NCBI RefSeq assembly: GCF_902652985.1
Contig: NC_047023.1
Coordinates: 11,222,001-11,286,000, forward strand
DNA: 64,000 nt
Source: Pecten maximus
Taxonomy: Eukaryota
Reading direction: 5' to 3'
Both the position numbers and the translations under genes were made by a program. Below, one piece after another: positions 53,409 through 64,000 of the stretch. Every line of letters begins with the position of its first letter. The stretch's first letter is position 1. The notes under the pieces were generated by a model, which saw only the letters and a list, made by a program, of their open reading frames with translations, did no database searches and had not been told where the DNA came from.

Positions 53409-56400
53409 CATTGCTTCTTAAGCCTCCAGACGAGATATTAACAAAGAACACGAATATACACACAATATACACATCTTCTTAAAAGCAGAGTATCTAATTG
53501 AATTATTCACCTCGGTTCAATTCCCTACTCTTTTACTCATCGGTATGTCGAATTTGCGATTTTGAGAGTTCATTTGTTACTCCCAGGAAATCATGACTAA
53601 CTGAAGTCCACAACTTTAACGCTTTGTGCTACAGGACGACATGGGGTGCGACCAACATATATCTCTGTAAGATATGGTTTTCCATGTTGAAATAGTATAA
53701 TGTTCCGGAAATTCATTATCCCTCTACAAAGTGGTCTCTACATCGCTTGGCTACGGTTACCTCATTAAACCTTATCGTACAGGTGATAACACCGTCTCTC
53801 CATTTGTATTTTGGCATGGAGTCTAAAACAGTGCTTAAACTTCAATCATGTTACGTCATACGATATAGCTGTGATAAGGCACAATTTTATGTTACAAACT
53901 ATGAACCTGTTCGTGTATATTCCGGTGAATAAACCCGATAATATTTTTTTTCTTTCGCTATGAATGAATTATGAGTGCAATATTGCTTTGGCTTGAGAAG
54001 TGAACAAGTCATATATAGCATATGTGCATAGCCCATATTGACTAAATGACACGTCCGTAGCTGCTGCTAGCATTGCAAGTCATGGACATACAGCTCTTCT
54101 TATATGTATGAAATAGCCGAAAGATTTCGGATCTGTACAACAGAACATAACTACCCACATCTCCAATAATATCAAACCTTGATTGAGTTTTTTTTGTTTT
54201 TTGTTTTGTAAATAATATTTGGTGCTTATTTATGTTTTTTGTTTATACCCGTTTTGACACATTATTTATTGATTCTAATGATCATTTCTAGTGCTGATAG
54301 AGCGTTCAAAATGTTGATGACCATAATATTTGTAAAAAAACGTGTTGCTTACACAAATATTTCGGCACATCTTGGTAAACCATAAGATGATAGGTACCGT
54401 TGGAATTTATTGTAAAAGAAATAGATTTTTTGTCCGTATCAATGACGAAGAATCTTCATATTTAAAATATATATAAAAAAAATTGTCGGAATTTGTTTTA
54501 ATATATCAGTTCTATTGAAATTTTATAGTGGAATCAGAGACATCCCTTGTTCCCTATAACGAATATAGAAGCGTTTTAATTTACACCATGATTGAAATGT
54601 AACTACATATGCATGTCCAAATGACTCCTAAATATCATATGTATGTGAGAAATAACAGTATATATTATATCCATAACATCGTTTTTATCAATTTTGTGAT
54701 GATATCACTGATTGCATGTATTTTAAATTCGATGAATTGAAATGATATACAATCAGCATCATGTTTTCCATGTTGTTCCTGTTTTTATGGTTTTCGTCAT
54801 TGCGAGAGAAAAGGTCGTATCGAAGCGATACATACATTTAAAGCAGCCACATAAAATTGCTTCGACATGCATAGTACCACATCATACGTTGAACACGGCA
54901 TCATGAACCCCGTCGCAGACCGGACGAGTCATAATGACAATAGACTTAAGGTAAAAAACAATTGATTTGCCCAGTTTGCCAGTATAATGGAACGTAGGGG
55001 TTCAATAAAATAGCATTAAACCTATGTGTGACTATTAACATTCAGTAAACTGATTTCATGTTTTTGTCAATATGTATATAAACCGATGTATTATTAACAT
55101 TTTTTATTTCTAGACCGTGAATGACAAACCATATTATTTGACATTTCCGTCTGTGTAAGCATAACGCATTGTTGGTAGCTTTTGCGGTGTTTTTCATTGT
55201 TTAATTTAACGTCATTTCGGAGGCTGTTTGTTGATTTTTGTCTTCTTGCATTTGCACAAAACTGATGCCGACTTTATACCACACTGAAGCATACTTCTGA
55301 AGACACTGTTATATATATTGTCACTGCGTTTAACTTTTATGATATAGATTGGTCTCTTAAATCAACACAATGCTACAATTATAACTTCATATTGCCCACT
55401 GAACGTCTCTTTAATAGAAAGGTGCGAGGTATAGTGCTGGCTTTTGGTCTTCATTTTTACGTGTATAGGTCCCTTATGTAATCGCAACCACTGTCTGTTA
55501 TGGTAAACAACCAATACATTGAAACATTAAAACCTACTATGTAATAGTTTCCTCAAATAAAAGACGCCAGCGCGTGTGGGAATTCGCAGACGAATCCGAG
55601 TAAATGTTAGTGACAGTGTCCAGTCTACATATCGTCATCAGTAATGGCTTTGGTCAAATGCCATCTGAAAGGATAATAAGCTACAGTGTCCTGGACAAAG
55701 ACTTAATACCATTTCAGGTGATTATTTATTTTGATAAATTGATGGAACTTCCTGCATTTGCTAATGATTTCAGCTGTTTCAGGGAAATACCGTATATGGT
55801 ATCTAAACCACGACTGTTTTTTTGTTTGTTTTTTTTTTTACTTTTTCCATATTCTCGAGTTATGCTTATCCCCATGGAGTGTGCTTAGTTCAAATAGATA
55901 AAGACGTTTTTTATGGCATGACAAATAACAATGTATGCAAGTGATATAACTGTCTATCTTGTTACAGTGTTTTGCTTTCTGTCCAACAATTGTTTTCCAG
56001 ACGTCTGGGTCCATAGCGCAAGCAAACCTCGTAAATAGTTTGTTTTAGGTTAAGCTAATGTTGGAATCAGAAAGACGGATATATTTATTATCTTTAACAT
56101 CATTTCTTAAAAAGTATATTCTGTGTCTTGGACAAAAAAATCATGCACTTTCGTATAAATCTAATTAATGAGAACGTCTTCAATAATTAATGGTTATCAT
56201 AGAACGACATACACATTTAATGTACGAGGTTTCACCTCATTGCTACCGTCAGTGTAGCACTAGGGCGGGCGTCAAAGAGACACGAATGCAGAAATAAAAA
56301 TCTTTTCAGACTAGGAAACGATTTAGATCCAATGTGTTGTGATGGGCACAGTTGGTCAATTTTGCTCCCCACACTATCTCTTTAATAGAAGGCGCGGAGG

Positions 56401-58019
56401 AACTCCCATTCCTGCTGTGGTCAATACTTGCTCGCCTAATTTACGTTTTGCAAACACTGTAGGAGAGTGTCAACATATGTCATAACGCCGACATGGCATT
56501 AACTGGAAACGTGTAGAATACATGATCAATTATCCGCCATACAGTGAACCCATTTAAGCCGAACGCTATGTTGTCTCCAACGCAAAGATAATCCATTAAA
56601 TTAGGGATGTCTGCCTCTGCATGACCTGTTTTTTCTATACCAGGGTGTGACAAAAAGTATGGTTCTCTGACTGCCAGTATAAAGTGACAAGGTGGACTTA
56701 TATCATGCTACCCATGGCCATGGCGTATCCTATATATCAGTGATACGGTATTAAAATAGCTCTCAAGTTGCCTCATTGTCTACCTTACTTTGACCCTCTT
56801 TGTACCAAGAGATCGCAATCCATACCACAATATCACATTTACTTCGTAAAGTACATTTTACTTCAGAAAACGTTAAATATTAATGATAATCGTTTTTTAC
56901 TGGCTTGTGAATGTAATTAAGATTTTCTAACACTTACAATGATTTACTTTGTTCTTATCAGTCCCACAAGGTAGAGCAAGAAAGGGATTCGCCCAACTAA
57001 AGTGCTGACTGCGGTACAGCCGTGTTATGCATTTTCTTTGTAAGGTATATCGTTATCACAATACTTGTTTGAATTATTAATTTTCGTTTCTCTAAAAAAA
57101 TATAAAAATTTCAATGCAGCAGTCTTTGATACATATCATTACTGCTCAACCACAGGAGGTAAAATTCGGGTACAGAGTACAGGAATTGCACATAGATAAG
57201 CAGTGACAACTCATATACATTAGTTGCAATGGGGACGGACAGCAAATCAATTTTGTTTTCTATAGTATATCCCAATTAGGATACAAAGATAAAACTCCCA
57301 GACTCTGCAGTTCCCTCCACTTTCGGTGTGCAATATAAATTAGATAAAAACAAATATATTTTATCAAATGTGAGGTTTAGACGATGGTTTTATACTTTTT
57401 TGAGTCATGATTGATTTTCTACGATTATATATGTCCCTAATGTCAACATAAATGACAGTATACCTTTCTGAAAATACTTTACTGAATTTGGAAACACATT
57501 TACTCCAGAGGAGCACATATGACCCAAACAGGGAGACGTCTTCTGAGATACCGGTAGGTGGGCTTCGTGCTGGATACATACTAATCAAATAAGTTTAAGG
57601 TAATTTAGCTCTGTCCCTGATATTGATATATCCTGAGTATAACGTGATATAACGTATCGCACACCTCGACGCAAACGTACTCTACAATATATCTGATTCC
57701 AGACTCAGAACCAGATAGAGCCAAGTGTTATTGCTTAGTACTGTACCCCTCCAGCGATGCTTTAGTCATTTAATATTCTCTGCGATAGTACATGTCTACA
57801 GAGCTTATCACACGGCAATTACCTTCACGTCACCAAGTCAGATGCAGGTTATAAGGACAAGGGAAATCAAGCTATAGACTATGTAATTTGATCGGCAAAA
57901 TAGATATTATCAGTGTTCGATAGCGGTTAATTTTCCTTAATATCTCCGTAGGTAATGTCTCACTTTTGACCTTTAGTTCAGCGTTCACCTTTGTAAGAAA
58001 GGACTCCGGGTTCTGTAAT

Positions 58020-58310
58020 ATGGCGCTGAGCGCTCAGCATTTTGGAGAGTGGGATGACTGGTACACCTGTTCTTACTTTACTGTGACCAGGTGAGGTGTC
58101 CTGCTTGATGTATTCGGCAACAGTATCCATCAGTGAGGTACACGTATCACTATATAGTCGGCATCAGTTTCGCTCTATCAAAAGGAGACGATTACGAACA
58201 TTCTGCAGCCTCAACAACCAACTTGATCTCGCACACAAGGGAGACCGTCCTAAAATCACAGCAGCTGTTGATAGGACGTTAAGCAATACTTAGCCCATCC
58301 AAATCAATCG
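58020..58310 (+). mobile_element. 5'-truncated bivalve tRNA-derived SINE (Meta-domain / BivaMD-like)
   Basis: gcgctcagcatt...tgtgaccaggtgaggtgtcctgc...tcagtgaggta...cactata...tcgcacacaagggagaccgtcctaaaatcacagcagctgttgataggacgttaagcaa resembles the body and tail of bivalve SINEs. The tail recurs at 42495-42660 (-) and 13380-13472 (+). Confidence 0.75.
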
Positions 58311-61300
58311 CGATTAAATAAACTTTTGAGTTGAGAATTCATATTCGTATATTTGTATCATGTCAAAGCCGTAATATAGTATAATATTTGCAGTATATTG
58401 GGGTATATGTTTGGATAAAAGTAATTCAGTGCTTTTATGATTAAAATTTTGAAACGCAATATATAATGTTTATAACCAAACACACACAAAAACACATTTT
58501 CTCTGGTCAAAGAATAGGACCGTATCACAGGAGCATATTGCTATATTATTTCTTTGCATTCGTCTTGGTGATAGAGTAAACGAACAACTCAGACGAACGC
58601 AAATCCTTAAGACCATGCCTTTCCCTTGTGTTCAGACCTCGTCAGCCATGTTTACTCATGTACCTCAATACATCCGACTTGACTACGCAACTTACGTAGT
58701 GTCTGATAATCGCCAATACCCATCAGTAGATGAATGAGTCCAAGCCTTTTTGTCAAATATTAAAGAAGCAGTTGTCTGCTCATGGTTGCTCGATCTGATG
58801 CGGATTGATGAATTCGTAAATGTTTCCTGTGGACGATTTGAAAACGAATATTCTTCGAAAAAAAATTCACATTGTTTAATAAAACACAAGCAAATGAATG
58901 GTGTTATTTTACTGATAATAAACACGGCTGGAAAATCCGCCTGCTTACTTTATTTCATGATAATTATCAAATTATCTTATCGTTTCCATGCATTATTTTG
59001 TTTCAGTTGGGTGTTTCAGTTGTAGATTCCAAATACCGGAGCAGTCGGTAAGGCGTGAATTATAAATTATAACTTGAATTTTATTTATCCATTTTTTTTT
59101 AAAGTTGAAAACGAGTGTATACATTGTACTTTTGCACAATAGCTGTTTGCCTGCAAAGCTCTGGCATTCAAATCAACATTAGATACCACATCATTATGGC
59201 CTTAATACATGTATATCAGGAATTAGAGAAGACGTAAATAACCGAAGGAATAAATGTTTCCTATTGTTTAAAATTTTGCTACGTCTAAGGTCACCACGAT
59301 GGGCTGATACGCCCAATAATAGTAAAACAAACTGATAGCAAACATACTAGATAAAGGGAAGGTACAATGAATGTATACCAAATGTGTGAGAAAATAGAGA
59401 CAACAAGTCAATTTGGGCTTCTTTAATGCCGTCAGGAAAGCTCGACCAAGAATTTACCTAATTCTGCATTTTCTTCATCTGTTGCCTGATACATGTATTT
59501 ACACAACTGGCTACTAAGTGTCTGTTTCTATCCAAACCATTGCGAGTAGCTTTTGATCATGAAATTGTTTTGTTTTTTTTTTATAAAAGGAATAGTAAAT
59601 ATATTTGCTTTCAAATACAGATAATGAGTTAGAAAAACCAATATGGTATCAGTGCAATTGGGAAAAAAAAACCCAAAAAACCAGTATAGTTAGCAAGCGA
59701 ATTCTGAAGTTTTGGAAAAGAAAGCAGCATAGGTGTCGACATATTACCTAAATACAGAAAGTGAGCAGTTAACCAATGAAAGCATTTCATCAAAGAGAGC
59801 GCACTTTCTTACTACAGAGGACAACGTTACATTGCTTTGAATGCATGCTGATAAAGACTAGATAATTTCTATGGTTGCTGCTTGATGACTTCCTTATCAC
59901 TACAACGATTTATCATCACACTAGATTAGCCGTACACAATCCGTTAAGTGTATAACCTTGCCATCCAAAATAAACATACTGAATAAATCATGTGTACCCC
60001 GACACCCGTACACATGTAGATATATAGTACACGTGATTTGCACGGGAGGCGTGTTAACAGAGCGTGGTAGTAAATAATTTCGGAACAAGGGACACTCTGG
60101 TGTTAGTAGCACGGCTAACGCCTACAACAGGGTGGTCACGCTATCGGGAGATAGATAACTCTATAAAATGGACAGCATGAATGGAGGTCTTCGTCGGAGA
60201 AAGACACGTATGGTTTCATGATGCTGTTTTACATTCTTAGTCAGTATCTTAAAGATGGCTGTATCAGATAGGTGATCCTAATCACAAATAACGAAGTTGT
60301 AACATGAAACATCAATAAGGTTATCTTCTGAACATTGTCCACAAGGATTTTTTACAACAATTGCGGCCTAAGAATCACTGATAACACAAACCTAATACAA
60401 GAGGTAAAGGTGTCCAAGTCCTAGGTTGTGTTTACTGGGCAGAAATGCAAGATGATTGCTATCAATTAATTGAACAATAAAAAGCTAACTCTGATGTGAA
60501 CATCTATTTTATTTCTCTTGTGCAATAATTAAAAACTTGTTGTTTTTTCTACATATGATTGATTCCCAATGATATAACTGCAGACTAAATGTTGCTGTAG
60601 AACAATGACAACAAGATGAAACACAAAGTATGACGCTTTTCATTTAATTAGAACATAATTAGCTCAAGATCGTTAACGTAAATTATTATTTCACATAAAT
60701 ATGTATACAGATTTTTTATTAAGATAACAATATCATTGGGATTTATTTCTTCGTTCATAAATCAAAATCAAATCGTGGTTATTTATAATTTCATAAATCT
60801 CAATTACGTTTAATTTTAATTTAATTATTCAATGGAAAATTATGATCGCAATGCCAATGTTCAATTCACAGGCTACGTTCAACACATCAAGAATATTAAA
60901 CTATAAACAACATTAATTTTACGCAATGATGGACTCAAATATCCTGCAGTCTTTCACGTGCTTGTCTCGCAACTCATTAACTGTTATATATAACCCTAGT
61001 CTGACGGATGCATGGCCATTTGATTAAGGGAAAGATCATACAGTTCAGTCAATTTTTCATCTATTAAGGCTTCGGGGGAAACTTACACGACCATTAAACA
61101 AATGTTTATTGACGCTAAAATTGTAATCTATAACTTTATTTGCTATTTGTTTCATATGATGGAGGGTGTGACGGAATGATATGATCAGCTGATAATGAAG
61201 ACTTACACGAACCGCTGCCTTTTTATGAAATGCTGGTCGCATATTGTTTCTGTATCCTGTAACATCTGATAGAGGGAATAACATTTGAAACGGATCTTTA

Positions 61301-63134
61301 CCATCACTTTAGGCCATATATTTACTTGCTAAAACGCTGATGCAACGATAAACGCGATATAGGGGTTTTCACCCGCATTTTAATGCGATCTACGGCTCTC
61401 GAAATGTCTTCGGAAGAAATCAAACCTATCCACATTTAAATACGAATTGCCGTTATAAAATGAACACAAATGAATACTCAATACCATTATACCATAACGG
61501 AAATGAATTATGACGTAACTGCTGTTATGTCGGAGCACTTAAACCAGCGCTACGTTGACATGTTTTTCGCGCGTGCCTGACATGTGACACCGCCTATACC
61601 ATTCTATATGCGTGGTTTTTACTTTCTGACTTTTCTCCCTGGCATTGCATATCGAATAGAATTATTTAAATTGTTAGTAATTGTTTTCTGCTTCCTTCCA
61701 TAAATAAAATAACTCGTGGTTTCATTTTTGTGCCTCTTTCATATTCTGCGTAAAGTGGTTATAACTGAACAGTATTCTGAATATTTGTAAGCGCATATTT
61801 GTGGAAATCATGCTTACAGACAAATCGAAAAGGCTTTCGATATTTCTTCGAAATGGCATGATGATGATTTATTTTACGTCAAAATAGCACATTGAATTAA
61901 TACACTGGCTATAAAGCACATTACCATACCGAGGAAGTCAGAATCTCTACTCAATTTTGGAAAGGATTCGACAATTTTAAGGATGTAGAGATATAAATCC
62001 AAAGGATTTACTATTGTACCAGACCGTTCGCATGTTATATGGACTTCCCATAGAAAAACAAAAAGAAACCTGCCGTTCATATCACTTTGCCATACCTAAA
62101 TCACAATTTCAATGAAACAGAAAGGACACATAGGGACGACAACCATTGGGTCGGCAGGTGCTCACTATTTTCTAGCTAGAAATTTAATCAGGGTAATAAC
62201 GCCCTGTACAGGCATCGTTATTCCATAATTGGAGTGGCTGTTACCCTAAAAAAGTCGGTAAAAATTAGTGACACACAGATCCTAAGGGTGCAGTTGTTCA
62301 GAGAAAATCTGTTTTTATACTGATGATATTGACAAAAATCGGTTTCCTTTTTTGTCCCCAACAGTTATTTCCCCTATAAGAACTCTTGTGATAATTTATG
62401 AGGCAGATCGCTACCACGTGCCATTGATTCCCTAGATACACATATATTTGTTACGTCCATGTTAAGTGTTATGCGTCGTGTTTTCCTCGTTCGGAAGAGT
62501 GCTTGAGCCGCGATTTATATCTTCCATTAATTTCACAATTGGTTGTTTCATAGATTAGTCTACAACTACACACGAAGCTGTAGCATTGACGTAGTTCGCG
62601 AATACTTTAGGAGGCGGTTCTTAGGCGGCATATATTAATTACTTTTGGATTGATCTGTCATACCCGACAATGTAATAATATAACAAACTCATAATTTGTC
62701 CATGGAAATCAAAGCTTGTACTATCGTCTCTTCACTTCGTTTATCGTATCTAGTCAATAAGGTTTAATCTCATTACAGTGATGCCTCCCGTGATCCCGCT
62801 CAGTGCCCTTCTTTTTTTTCTTTTTTTTTTTAAGTTTGATTCTTGAATCCGTCCTTACATTACCTTTTGTCTTATTTTTTTTTACAGAATAATGCTATTC
62901 CATTGTATGGTTACAACTAGTAAGATATGCTTGTGATATGGTTTATCACGTTTCAATTGTTTATTAAAGATACATGCCTTTTTTTATACAAAAGATGATC
63001 ATATATCTAATAAATTAGTATTAATGAAGGCTACAAAAATGGTCCCGCTAGAGAACATAGTGTTTAATAAGAGTAAAGTGAAAGTAGACGATAAATGAGG
63101 ATCAGATCTTTGCGATAAAATACAAGACACTAGA

Positions 63135-63135
<1 letters not shown>

Positions 63136-63167
<32 letters not shown>
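63136..63167. repeat. G32 homopolymer
   Basis: Read directly. Confidence 0.95.
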
Positions 63168-64000
63168 CTCAATCCTGTGATTTTTTGAAATTATATTTTG
63201 CTGATTTAATGAAGTATACAGGATCCGTTAAAAGGCTGTAGGAGCAGGTTTTTAATGGGGATGTCGAGTTGATGAGATTTATAAAACGGGAAAACAAAAT
63301 TTTGGCTGCTCTTTTATTCAAGCTTGCATTTAATTCTCTCACTAAGATAACAGAAATAAGCACATCCATGGTTAGGGTTATATGTCCATATCATACATAC
63401 ATGTATGCTAATATACCATTCACCTGATGATCAACGTCTGGTAAACGAAACAAACAGGAAATAAGGATTCCGTAGGTACTAAGTTTTGTGATGACGAGCC
63501 TTACCTCACCGAACTGTTGATAACAGTTGTTTGATTTGCAGTGAATACACAATGGGCCAATCACACCCTGGCAGCAAGGAATAAGCAGCATTACCCTGGT
63601 TGTAGGCAACATGACTCTCCGGAGAATACCCGACGGTTGTATTCGTCTTTGAACGTCAATGTTTTACGTTTTAACTTCTATTTCTGAATTGTGTAAATGA
63701 TTGCAGCTAGATTTTCTCTGACATAAACAGAATAACAAAATAGCAAAATGTATTGTCACCGTGAAAGAAATGATATTTAACTTTTTTTCCCCATTTTATC
63801 CAATATGACAAATATATTAATACTTAGTACAAAAAATATGTTTAAACTAAATCTGTAGGAAAACGATTTTCCTGAACGAAATGTCTTTTTATCATGCAGG
63901 CTTTGTTATCGATGATATGACTGGCTATATATTAGTTATAGTATAATGTTCATAAACAAACGTATAACACTTCTATTGCAAAATGCGTATGTGAAATAGC

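Overview
AT-rich eukaryotic genomic DNA, most likely a mollusc and probably a bivalve (judged from the SINE and MITE types). It is not prokaryotic, and almost all ORFs in the six-frame track are spurious. The one well-supported gene is on the minus strand: a two-Ig-domain neural adhesion protein of the Dpr / ZIG-8 family. Four coding exons splice in frame (8299-8178, 6078-5859, a 24-nt microexon 3197-3174, 786-484). The C-terminal exon(s) probably lie left of the window and the signal-peptide exon is unresolved (best candidate 16734-16583). The remaining ~55 kb is upstream intron or intergenic DNA carrying minisatellites (23, 28, 45 and ~20 bp units), SINE fragments, foldback/MITE elements and long G/C homopolymers. 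Most notable: (i) a ~430-bp non-coding element whose 146-nt hairpin has a C(GCA)G triloop and two tandem G.A mismatch pairs, features that stabilise single-stranded DNA on one strand only; (ii) the Ig1-Ig2 linker microexon has three nested in-frame AG acceptors, potentially giving 0/2/4/8-aa linkers; (iii) a MITE hairpin whose mismatches become G.U pairs only on the gene's strand. No tRNA, rRNA, CRISPR or intact transposase/RT gene was seen.
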